This document shows positions 29,308-38,405 of a stretch of 64,000 bases of DNA, piece by piece. The notes below the pieces were generated by a model. It ran no database searches. It was given only the letters and a program-made list of their open reading frames with translations, and was not told the origin of the DNA. A program made the position numbers and the translations under genes. The stretch lies in sequence record PX969468.1; one strand, written 5' to 3'. Positions within the stretch are counted from its first letter, which is position 1. The number at the start of each line of letters is the position of its first letter. Source of the stretch: a phage.

Positions 29308-31286
29308 TTGTAAACAGTAATGAAACTAAAGCAGTGCTAACCGGAAATATGGAGGTCACCAGGGGCTCAATTTCTCTTAACAAAGAGACTTTTGGGCTAA
29401 TCATTAAAGGGATTTACGAAGATAAGGTGCTGGCAAGCTGCCGTGAACCAATCTTCAATGCTGTGGACTCTCATGTTGAGTCTGGACGGGGTGATGTGCC
29501 GATCATTATTCACTCTCCTACAGACCTTGAACCATACTTCTTTGTGCAGGACGTTGGATTGGGCATGTCAGAAGAGATGGTCCGCAACACTTTCATGAAC
29601 CTCGGTGAGTCAACCAAGCGCAACAGCAACGCTCTGGTTGGCAATAAAGGTGTTGGTTCAAAGGCTCCGTTCAGCATGGTGGACACTTTCGATGTTATCA
29701 GTGTGCACAATGGTATTGAAAGCACATATCTATTGTTCTTGGATCAGGGTATCCCAAACGTTACCAAGATCCGCGAGCGGAAGACTGAAGAGCACAACGG
29801 GGTAAAAGTTCAGTTCCATGTTAAGAAAGAGCATGTTCTGAAATATCGCACTGCTATTGCGTCATGCCTACGCTATGCAAAGTTTCCGTTTACCGTTACC
29901 GACCCTATGACCAGTAAGATGCTGGAAGGTGACAAGGTTGAGGCGCAGTATCGCTACGAGAAAGATGGTTGGAAAATGACTATCCTGAAAGGTTATACCA
30001 GCTCTGATGAGAGCCGTGTGGTGATGGGACACCAACCTTACCGCTCTAAGTTTCTGGAAACATTGACAGACTACCCTGCAATCTGTGTAGAGATCCCTAT
30101 CGGGGATTGCAATATTAACCCTGGGCGCGAATGGACCATAGAGGGGCACGACGATGGTGGATTCCAGGATCGCCTGGAGGCCTTTGTCAAAGAAGGTATA
30201 CGTCTTCGTGGGGCAGAAGTTGTTGCAGAACTGGAGACGGCAAAAACCTCCGCAGAAGCACGTGAAATGATGAAGAATAGTGGGGTGTTCGGACACATCT
30301 TCGGCAAAAACTTTATGTGGAACCGTTGGGAAGAAACAGGACTTGGAGACTTAGGCGATTGTGAAATTTTCGCTGGCGGCTTAAATAAAGGCCGCATAGG
30401 CTATGCTCGTTATGGAAAGTCAGAGTTCTTACGGGGAGTCTATTTAGTATTTAACGACGGAGACGGCAAATATAACCGAAATAAGTGTAACTACTTAAGC
30501 GAGATCACCGGACGCAACGTTTTCTATTGCCGTAACACGGATCTGGTGGAAGAGTTTAAAGAAGCGGCACACCACCCGTTCTTTGCAGATACAGTCAAAT
30601 TGTTATCAGAGCTCCCTCGCCGACCTGTCAAGAAAGGTGAAACAAAAACTCGTTATGAGCCAGGCTATTGGGTTAAAAAACTTGAGAAGGATGGTTACTT
30701 CCGCCGTGAGCGTATTACTAAGGCAGAGTTCCGGAAGATTAAACACTGCATCCCTTATGAGGGTGATATCCAACGTGGAAGTTGTTGGCTGGGGCAGATG
30801 AGTAACATCTACCAGCAAGATTATGACCGTGTACGTGCGGCACTTCAGATTCCTGAAGGTGAAGATCTGTATCTGGTATCTGAATCTCGTCTGCTTTGGA
30901 CTGATCCTGATTGCCAGTATGTTACAGAGAAGAATGTGGAGCACCTGTTGAAAGAGGATGCTTGGAAATTCTTACTGACCCGTGCAGCAAATGAGACTTC
31001 TTATGACAGCCTGTATAGACAATTAGGGAAAATTATTCCCATGCAAGATTTTGGAAATTATCGGCCACATTTCCACAAGTGGGAAGGTAACACCACGTGG
31101 AAGCACAGTGAGCTAAATCATCGTGCCAAAATCTTAATCGCCAACCGAGTTAAATGCGGGAAGGCCTATATTGCAAGATTGGAAAAGAAATACCCACTTT
31201 TGAAGCATGTAGGCTTGAAATATTGGGACACTCCTGCTATGATTGAATACCGTGAACTGATCGATACAAAGAATAACATCAAATAA
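29304..31286 (+). CDS. rIIA: rIIA-like protein
   Basis: N-terminal GHKL-type motifs (FFVQDVGLGMSEEM, GNKGVGSKAPFSM) matching recalled T4 rIIA N-terminus. Confidence 0.7.
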   Translation: MIVNSNETKAVLTGNMEVTRGSISLNKETFGLIIKGIYEDKVLASCREPIFNAVDSHVESGRGDVPIIIHSPTDLEPYFFVQDVGLGMSEEMVRNTFMNLGESTKRNSNALVGNKGVGSKAPFSMVDTFDVISVHNGIESTYLLFLDQGIPNVTKIRERKTEEHNGVKVQFHVKKEHVLKYRTAIASCLRYAKFPFTVTDPMTSKMLEGDKVEAQYRYEKDGWKMTILKGYTSSDESRVVMGHQPYRSKFLETLTDYPAICVEIPIGDCNINPGREWTIEGHDDGGFQDRLEAFVKEGIRLRGAEVVAELETAKTSAEAREMMKNSGVFGHIFGKNFMWNRWEETGLGDLGDCEIFAGGLNKGRIGYARYGKSEFLRGVYLVFNDGDGKYNRNKCNYLSEITGRNVFYCRNTDLVEEFKEAAHHPFFADTVKLLSELPRRPVKKGETKTRYEPGYWVKKLEKDGYFRRERITKAEFRKIKHCIPYEGDIQRGSCWLGQMSNIYQQDYDRVRAALQIPEGEDLYLVSESRLLWTDPDCQYVTEKNVEHLLKEDAWKFLLTRAANETSYDSLYRQLGKIIPMQDFGNYRPHFHKWEGNTTWKHSELNHRAKILIANRVKCGKAYIARLEKKYPLLKHVGLKYWDTPAMIEYRELIDTKNNIK

Positions 31287-31296
31287 GGAGACCAAG

Positions 31297-32502
31297 ATGA
31301 TTTTCATCTACGAACATTTCAAAACTCGTAAAGAAGCACGCGACCGCCGTGCAGAACTTGAGAAGAAAGGTTTCACATGTGCCATTGAGAAAGGTGACAC
31401 AACCTGGACACTGGCAGTGGGTGCCCCAGAATTGTTCGATCCTGACCGTGACAGCGTCTGCTACACCCGTGAGGATTTTGAAACCCGTGAAGAGGCCCGT
31501 CTATTTCGATATGGGCTGGAAGATAACGGTAAGTACGCCATGATCTTAGACTTAGGCGAAGGTTCCGTTAAACGTTGGGGCGTGATATACCCACTGTGTG
31601 TTGTTCACGGTGTGGGGTTTACTGGGGTAGCAATCAAGTCAGAAGAACCTTTAGTAGAAGTCAAAGATCCGGTGCTGGAAGTGGTGAGCAGTGTGTCTCA
31701 GCAACAGACTCGAAGCATCGAGCCTTTGGTAGTTATTTGCGGGGAACTCCTCCAGATCACCTGCAACGAAGGAATTTTTGAAATTCGCCGCAGCGAAAGT
31801 GAGGAAGTTTACCAGAAAGTCTTCGACCATATCTCTGTTCAGGAATATGATGAGGCAATTGGTGAAATCCTTGTCTGGCTGGAACGCAAGAATGAGTTCA
31901 CCACACTTGCAGACAACCTGATCATGAAAGATGGTAAGCTCTACTACTACGGTGTAGAGATGCGATCCACCATTGCAAAGAAAATTGAGAAAGATTATGC
32001 AGACGGAACGCTGGATGACCGCTATGTGAAATTCCTCGTTCGCCTGCTACGCAATCCTTCTGCAAAATCTGTAAACATGCTCTACGATTTTATGCAGGCC
32101 AATGATATTCAGATTGCAGAAGATGGTCGAATCATTTGCTACAAAGGGGTTCAGTTTAACGGCAGCAAGTGGGTGGATTGTCACAGTGGTAAAGTTCCAC
32201 AATACCAGGGTGCTTTTGTATCCATGCCTCGTAACTTTGTAGAGGATGATCCGGAAGCTGCGTGCTCCTATGGCTTACACTGCGCCAGCAAAGAGTATGC
32301 AAAGAGCTACGGCACTGTAATGACTGTTATGGTTGATCCTGCAGATGTGGTTAGTGTGCCATACCAACACAATAGCGCTAAGTGCCGTGCATGCCGCTAT
32401 GAGATTGTGGTAGCTCCGGAAGCACGCAAAGATGGAGACCCTATTGAATATGTAGTTGATCGTGACGGTAACACTATCGACATTCTTTACGAGGAGGCGT
32501 AA
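31297..32502 (+). CDS. rIIB: rIIB-like protein
   Basis: C-terminal signature (MLYDFMQANDIQIAEDG..DCHSGKV..MPR..SYGLHCASKEY..DVVSVPY..AKCRACRYEIV) matching recalled T4 rIIB. Confidence 0.65.
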   Translation: MIFIYEHFKTRKEARDRRAELEKKGFTCAIEKGDTTWTLAVGAPELFDPDRDSVCYTREDFETREEARLFRYGLEDNGKYAMILDLGEGSVKRWGVIYPLCVVHGVGFTGVAIKSEEPLVEVKDPVLEVVSSVSQQQTRSIEPLVVICGELLQITCNEGIFEIRRSESEEVYQKVFDHISVQEYDEAIGEILVWLERKNEFTTLADNLIMKDGKLYYYGVEMRSTIAKKIEKDYADGTLDDRYVKFLVRLLRNPSAKSVNMLYDFMQANDIQIAEDGRIICYKGVQFNGSKWVDCHSGKVPQYQGAFVSMPRNFVEDDPEAACSYGLHCASKEYAKSYGTVMTVMVDPADVVSVPYQHNSAKCRACRYEIVVAPEARKDGDPIEYVVDRDGNTIDILYEEA

Positions 32503-33872
32503 TGGAAAAAGGGCAGTATGATGTAGGCACAGATGCTGCCCTCGTTGCAATCATGAGCGGTGAGAATGTCTTCGTTTCAGGACCCGCAGGTTGTGGGAAG
32601 ACGTACCTCATCAACATGATCCAGTCAATGTATGGAGACTCTTGCATAACGGTTGCCCCGACAGGGGTAGCCGCTTTAAACGTTAATGGAGCAACAGCAC
32701 ACCGAACCTTCGATCTTGCAGCAGGTGTGAGCATGGAGTCAGACTGGACCGCAATAAGGGAAAAAACAGCAAAGCCTTTGAAAAGCAAGGCATTTACCAT
32801 CCTAATTATCGATGAAATCTCTATGATCCGTGCTGATAAGTTTATAGAGATGGATAGGAAACTCCGCTTCCTTCGAAAAAATGACAAACCTTTCGGGGGC
32901 ATACAGGTCATATTGTTTGGCGATTTTTACCAGGCACCTCCTGTTGTCTCTTCTATGGAGAAGGAAGCCTACTTCAACTTCTACCATACGGACCTATGTT
33001 GCTATACCGAATCTTGGAAAGAGCTTGACCTCCACAACATAGCCCTAATAGATCAGTTCCGACAGGAGTCTATTCGATTCGCCACAATGCTCAACTGTGT
33101 TCGTGAGGGTCGTCGCATAAAAGAGGTTGTAGCAGAGCTTAATGCTCGCTGTTACAAAGGTGGTGTACCAACAGACGCTCTCACAATTTGCGCCACCAAC
33201 AAACAAGCAGAGGAAGTGAACAGAAGGTTCTATGATGCCATCAACGCCCCAGAGAAGGTATACACTGGTGAAATGAAGGGTAAGTTTCCCTCCACCTTGC
33301 CAGTTGAGCAGGAGATGAAGTTGAAAATTGGCATGAAAGTTATGATAACCGCCAACGATGTTGACCCGACGCACAAAGTACCTTATTATGTTAACGGAAC
33401 ACGTGCCACGATTGTTAAATTTAAGAACAAGGCAGTGGTGGTAGAGCTTGAAGATGGAACACAGGTTGACATAGAGCAGAGGTTGTGGGAGAATAACGAG
33501 TATAAGCCATCTCAAAGATACAACATTGCAGAAAGGAAGATGGAGAAGTTTATAGAGAGGGTAGTGATTGGATCATACAAGCAACTTCCTCTGAAATCTG
33601 GGTATGCCGTAACATCTCATAAAAGTCAAGGACTTACGCTAGATTGTTACAACCTGGACCTTGGAAAGAACGGAGCTTTCTCTCCTGGGATGACGTATGT
33701 TGCTTTGAGTCGAGTTAAGACAATACAAGGAATAAACTTGTTGCGTCCACTAAGAGAAGTTGACATTATTGTTGACCCGCGAGTCGTAGAGTTTTACAAT
33801 ACAACATTCCCTGACTTAGACAAAATTGTCAGGAAAGATTTTGAAACCAGAGCAGAAGAGGGGGACGTATGA
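32502..33872 (+). CDS. SF1 helicase, Dda/Pif1-like
   Basis: Walker A VSGPAGCGKTY, Walker B ILIIDEISMI, YAVTSHKSQGLTLD motif. Confidence 0.75.
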   Translation: MEKGQYDVGTDAALVAIMSGENVFVSGPAGCGKTYLINMIQSMYGDSCITVAPTGVAALNVNGATAHRTFDLAAGVSMESDWTAIREKTAKPLKSKAFTILIIDEISMIRADKFIEMDRKLRFLRKNDKPFGGIQVILFGDFYQAPPVVSSMEKEAYFNFYHTDLCCYTESWKELDLHNIALIDQFRQESIRFATMLNCVREGRRIKEVVAELNARCYKGGVPTDALTICATNKQAEEVNRRFYDAINAPEKVYTGEMKGKFPSTLPVEQEMKLKIGMKVMITANDVDPTHKVPYYVNGTRATIVKFKNKAVVVELEDGTQVDIEQRLWENNEYKPSQRYNIAERKMEKFIERVVIGSYKQLPLKSGYAVTSHKSQGLTLDCYNLDLGKNGAFSPGMTYVALSRVKTIQGINLLRPLREVDIIVDPRVVEFYNTTFPDLDKIVRKDFETRAEEGDV

Positions 33873-34210
33873 GTTTGTGGAGAAATATAGTTAACTACGT
33901 GTGTGGCAATCCAACTCCTGAAGAGAAGGATGTTGTGATTCACGATTTTACTAAAAGATCTCGTGAAAAAGACCTACTGCTAACAAAGGTGACTGATAAA
34001 GATCCTGCAGTAGGGGACTGGGCAGGTTTTGCGTTTACATCGGACAAATACACCTTTAACAAAGGTGACTATCTTGTTGTAGATTTTAACGAAGACATTG
34101 ATGGTGCTGAACCCTACTATCAGACCCTTATTATTGCAGGGTGCGTTGATCTCTCTGCAGGCATGCACAGTTTGATTCTTTTTGAGCTTGACTCTGAAGA
34201 CCTTCAGTAG
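33869..34210 (+). CDS. Hypothetical protein (113 aa)
   Basis: ORF. Confidence 0.45.
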   Translation: MSLWRNIVNYVCGNPTPEEKDVVIHDFTKRSREKDLLLTKVTDKDPAVGDWAGFAFTSDKYTFNKGDYLVVDFNEDIDGAEPYYQTLIIAGCVDLSAGMHSLILFELDSEDLQ

Positions 34211-34270
34211 TAAGATGTTAGTCTAAAGGGGAGGCACTCCTCCCCACAAAAACTAAGGAAGCACTAAACG

Positions 34271-34573
34271 ATGAAACGTTATAAACCATACACTTTTGAA
34301 ATCGATTTCGAACTTGACGATATGTTTACTGTGGAAGCTCAAGCAGTTGTCCAGTTGCCAGACTCGGAGTGCCGTGACTCTGATGTTGACTATTACGGAT
34401 TTAGACAAATTACCGATGTGCGTGTTTACCACAACGGTGAAGAGGTGGACTTCCACCAACTGCCAAACGATATGCGCTACTCAATTTACAAACGTGCAGC
34501 CCGTGAACTAGAGTCCTATCTGGATGCAGCGACGACAGCAGCTGCATTTGCTGAAGAAGTTGGAGGTTTCTGA
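34271..34573 (+). CDS. Hypothetical protein (100 aa)
   Basis: ORF with RBS AAGGAAG. Confidence 0.45.
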   Translation: MKRYKPYTFEIDFELDDMFTVEAQAVVQLPDSECRDSDVDYYGFRQITDVRVYHNGEEVDFHQLPNDMRYSIYKRAARELESYLDAATTAAAFAEEVGGF

Positions 34574-34968
34574 TGATTACAGGTGTGAAGATTATCCAAT
34601 ACCACTTAACCAAATTGGAAGATGCTGAAAAAGAGCTTGCAGAAGTTCTGAATAGTGGATATACTTTGCTATCATGCGCCTGCTCAGATACCTACGCTGT
34701 GTGGACACTTACCCGGAAGGAAGAGCCTGCATGGGTCTTGGTGCCAAACCCTAAGATTATTAGTGAGGTGGATGACTACCCTCAGGACGGCCTGCCAGAA
34801 GACTGGGAAGTATGGGAAGGTGGTGAAAACCCTGCACCAGGTAAGTGGGTAAAATATAAACTACGTAGTGGTGCACAGTACGCTGACTACTCTGATAACC
34901 TAGACTGGAGTCATTCTTCACTAGGATCGTCTGCAAGTTCATATGATATCGTTGCTTTTCAGGAATAA
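34573..34968 (+). CDS. Hypothetical protein (131 aa)
   Basis: ORF. Confidence 0.45.
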   Translation: MITGVKIIQYHLTKLEDAEKELAEVLNSGYTLLSCACSDTYAVWTLTRKEEPAWVLVPNPKIISEVDDYPQDGLPEDWEVWEGGENPAPGKWVKYKLRSGAQYADYSDNLDWSHSSLGSSASSYDIVAFQE

Positions 34969-34980
34969 GGAGAAGGTAGT

Positions 34981-35463
34981 ATGTCAGATTTTATGTGGAA
35001 AGTAGGTTATGCCTCTCCTGAAATGTGCGAGGCTTGCTTTGTAAAAATAGGCCGCGAGGATATTGACAAAGTGATCTTTAAGTTTCGTGATGTATCTGTG
35101 ATCGGCAACCGAGTGCTTAAGCACTTAAAGAATCTGAAGCTCACCAAAAAGAAGTTCTTCGGACTTTTCGAAGAGAAAGTTGATGCTTGGACCCATTGCA
35201 TTCAGGAAGCTAAATCTCACTACAGTGCTATCGTTACCCCAGAACGGGTAGCCAAGATGGAAGGATTCATCAACAGCACAGAGTTTGAGTGCCTAAAGGC
35301 TGCCCTTAATAGTTATCCAAAGTGCCTCAAACACCTTGACAAGTATGTAGAAAAGGATGGGGAAATGTATCTCACCCTGGATGCATACTATGAGATGCAA
35401 GAAATTTTAAATTTAGATTTGACATTGGTATCCACCGAGTATACAATAGGTATCCGGGTTTAA
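34981..35463 (+). CDS. Hypothetical protein (160 aa)
   Basis: ORF with RBS AGGAGAAGG. Confidence 0.45.
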   Translation: MSDFMWKVGYASPEMCEACFVKIGREDIDKVIFKFRDVSVIGNRVLKHLKNLKLTKKKFFGLFEEKVDAWTHCIQEAKSHYSAIVTPERVAKMEGFINSTEFECLKAALNSYPKCLKHLDKYVEKDGEMYLTLDAYYEMQEILNLDLTLVSTEYTIGIRV

Positions 35464-35468
35464 CACTA

Positions 35469-35497
35469 GGCCCTGCCCGAAAGGGTGGGGCTTTTTG
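35469..35497 (+). terminator. Intrinsic terminator (identical stem-loop to 46467-46495)
   Basis: GCCCTGCCC-GAAA-GGGTGGGGC followed by TTTTTG. Confidence 0.7.
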
Positions 35498-35514
35498 CAT
35501 TAGGAGACAGCAAA

Positions 35515-36279
35515 TTGAAATTTATCTATAAAGAACACTACCACAAAGGTGTTGTGTGGAGTCTATTTGACGGATCTGGCGGTGCAGTCATTGACTGGGC
35601 AAAAGCTGGATATCTGTGCCTGTGCTTTAACGCAGAAGGTGCTGACCACGGCAGTTATGCAGAGGTGATCACCGATCATCCAAATATTCACTATGTAGAT
35701 TATTGGATTGATCCATGGTTCCCTCAGGAAACTTTCTGCATGTACCCAGCTCCGGACTTTGTTCTTGCATTTCCTCCGTGCACGCATTTAGCGGTATCAG
35801 GTGCTGCACATTTTAAGAAAAAGCTGGCTAAGGATCCTTTGATCCAAATTAATGCTGTAAAGGATGCTCGGGTTGCGGAAGAGCTGGGAGAGATTTACGA
35901 TTGCCCGTGGCATGTAGAGAATCCTGTTGGTGTTATGTCCACACTGTGGCGCAAACCTGATTACCGTTTTCATCCTTCTGACTATGGCGGGTATTTACCG
36001 GAGGATGATGTAAACCCCTGGTTTCCTGAATTTATAGCTCCACGTGATGCCTATCCAAAAATAACTTGCGGCTGGATAGGTAATGGATTTATAATCCCGG
36101 CCACAAAACCTGTCCCGCAAATAGTTGACGCGGTTAGCGGGTATTCCATGCAACACGCCAAGCTGGGTGGAAAGAGTGCAAGAACGAAGATGATCCGAAG
36201 CCTCACACCACGTGGCTGGGCAAAAGCCGTATTCTTAGCAAACGAGCCTGTAGTAAGGAGCAGAATTAATGGGAAGTAA
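35515..36279 (+). CDS. DNA (cytosine-5)-methyltransferase-like protein
   Basis: Motif I LFDGSGGAV (FxGxGG), motif IV FPPCTHLAVSG (PC), motif VI HVENPVG (ENV); TTG start after GGAGA. Confidence 0.55.
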   Translation: MKFIYKEHYHKGVVWSLFDGSGGAVIDWAKAGYLCLCFNAEGADHGSYAEVITDHPNIHYVDYWIDPWFPQETFCMYPAPDFVLAFPPCTHLAVSGAAHFKKKLAKDPLIQINAVKDARVAEELGEIYDCPWHVENPVGVMSTLWRKPDYRFHPSDYGGYLPEDDVNPWFPEFIAPRDAYPKITCGWIGNGFIIPATKPVPQIVDAVSGYSMQHAKLGGKSARTKMIRSLTPRGWAKAVFLANEPVVRSRINGK

Positions 36280-38347
36280 ATTTATGGCATCTGCATACAA
36301 CCGTTTCGGTGAGCCAAACCCGAAAGCAACTAAGTATAAAAGTGGGGGAAGTGTGAAACGAGACTATCGTGATGAAAAAGAAGTTGAAACTGTAGAGACT
36401 GTTTTAGAAAATACTAAAATTGTCCCTGTCCCACAACAAAATATCGGTCTGATGGCTGCACAATATTTTGGTGTGCGATCAGCATTGTCCCAAGAAGACG
36501 GTGTGACAGTCACTGCAACATATTTCCCATATTACGACCGCTACGGAAATCTGTCCGGTTTCAAAAAGCGTGACTGGACGATTCCTAAAGAGCAAAGGGG
36601 CCATTTCTCCGTTGTTGGCATCGTAAAGGCCAACTCCCAGATGTTTGGTCAAAAGCTGTGTGCATCTTCCAACAACCGTAAGCAGATTAACGTTTGTGAG
36701 GGAGAAGGTGATGTTATTGCAGCATGGCAGGCTGCATATCAGATACAAGTAAAAGGGATTCTCACCAACGCTAAAGCCCCGGCAAAGGTGAAGCAGTGGG
36801 CTAAAGAGGTCCAGGACGGGATCGACGCAGTTATCAACGGTGGTGATCTGGCAGGAAAACCCTGCCTGCCTTTTGTTGGAATTAACTGTGGATGTGCAAA
36901 CGCAGTAGATACTTTTGCAAACAATGAGAAGTTTATCCGTAGCTATGGAACAGTTGTGCTGGCAATGGATAACGATGCAGCTAACGAGGTAGAGAAGCAA
37001 AAACACGTCATTAAAGGTGTTGAGGCCACGCACAATATCGCAGCATTTTTGATGGCTGATAACGTTTACCACGTAGAATACCCTGGTGAAGTAAATGACC
37101 CTGACGGTGTAAAAGATATCCGAGACATGCTGAAGGCTAAAAAGCTGGAAGATATTGTCAACATGTTCCGGCACCCTGTTAAATATGTGCCTGATGCTGT
37201 GTCGGATTTAGAAGACTTCTCTATCGAATCTTTGCGGAAAAAGACTTCCAACGGGGTAGATATCAGCGCAGAGTTCCCAAAACTGCAAAAAATGCTAAAA
37301 GGCTTGCACAAAGGGACACTTGTAATGCTTACAGGTCCATCAGGAGGCGGTAAAACAACTGTAGCTAAAAAACTGGAACACTGTATTGCAAGATACCTAA
37401 TGGACCCGACATGCCAGAAGGCTGATGACTACGAAGAGGATGATCGTCTATGTATGATCCATCTTGAGGAGGACCCAGAGGAAGCAATTAACTCCTTGTA
37501 TGCAAACCAGTTAGGGTTCGATGTTAAAGAGTTTGTTGAAGATCCTAGCCAGTTTTTAACTGATCAAGAACACGCAGAGATTCACCAATCATGGGCAAAA
37601 GCTGGAAAAATCAAAGTGTTCAAACATTTCGGGTCTATTCCGGTGGACGAGTTGATTACCAAGCTTAAGCAAATGGTTTGCCTGTACCATTGTCGTTATA
37701 TTGTACTGGATCACCTGTCCATGGTAATTTCAGGGCTTAATGTTAAGGATGAGCGAAAAGAACTGGACATAGCTATGACCCAACTGGCTGCGTTTTGTAA
37801 GCAGTTTAATGTGTTTATCTTGGTGATCGCTCACCTCAAACGTACAGAGATTGTGCCTCCTAAAGACAAGGATGGTAACCCGTTACCTTTCTGGTATCCT
37901 GTGCGAAAAGAGAATTTGCGAGGATCGGCTGGGCTTGAACAGTTGAGTTGGGTAGTTATAGGTGTCGAGGCCGAAGAAATGGTGGATCGTTCTCGTGGAC
38001 GTGTCCGTCTGGTAGGTCTTAAAAACCGTCCAGCAAAAACTTTAGGTATTGCTGACACTTTGGTTATGGACCCGCATACAGGTAAGTTCCATGATGCCAG
38101 TAATTGGTACTGGGACAAAGAAATGCAAATGTTTACAGATGGAGAAGGTGGGGAGGTTGTTTGGAGACCTCAGGCTATGTTTGAGGATCAGGAGCATGCA
38201 GTTGTAGAAACACCTATGGGCAAGGTTGTGGCTGATAAGGTTGTAACTCCTACTGTTAAGCCTGTTGACACGCAGGAAGACCTCCAGTACGATGATCCGT
38301 CCTCTGACCCTGTTCCTGGTTTTGAAGACGATGAAACACCTTTTTAA
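36269..38347 (+). CDS. Replicative primase-helicase (DnaB/gp4-like helicase domain)
   Basis: Walker A LTGPSGGGKTT, Walker B IVLDHLSMV, RecA-like fold motifs; N-terminal domain putative primase. Confidence 0.7.
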   Translation: MGSKFMASAYNRFGEPNPKATKYKSGGSVKRDYRDEKEVETVETVLENTKIVPVPQQNIGLMAAQYFGVRSALSQEDGVTVTATYFPYYDRYGNLSGFKKRDWTIPKEQRGHFSVVGIVKANSQMFGQKLCASSNNRKQINVCEGEGDVIAAWQAAYQIQVKGILTNAKAPAKVKQWAKEVQDGIDAVINGGDLAGKPCLPFVGINCGCANAVDTFANNEKFIRSYGTVVLAMDNDAANEVEKQKHVIKGVEATHNIAAFLMADNVYHVEYPGEVNDPDGVKDIRDMLKAKKLEDIVNMFRHPVKYVPDAVSDLEDFSIESLRKKTSNGVDISAEFPKLQKMLKGLHKGTLVMLTGPSGGGKTTVAKKLEHCIARYLMDPTCQKADDYEEDDRLCMIHLEEDPEEAINSLYANQLGFDVKEFVEDPSQFLTDQEHAEIHQSWAKAGKIKVFKHFGSIPVDELITKLKQMVCLYHCRYIVLDHLSMVISGLNVKDERKELDIAMTQLAAFCKQFNVFILVIAHLKRTEIVPPKDKDGNPLPFWYPVRKENLRGSAGLEQLSWVVIGVEAEEMVDRSRGRVRLVGLKNRPAKTLGIADTLVMDPHTGKFHDASNWYWDKEMQMFTDGEGGEVVWRPQAMFEDQEHAVVETPMGKVVADKVVTPTVKPVDTQEDLQYDDPSSDPVPGFEDDETPF

Positions 38348-38405
38348 TGTTTAACCAAGAGTGGGAGGGGTAGTACAACCGCCTCCCCTTTAAGGAGAAC
38401 ACTTT

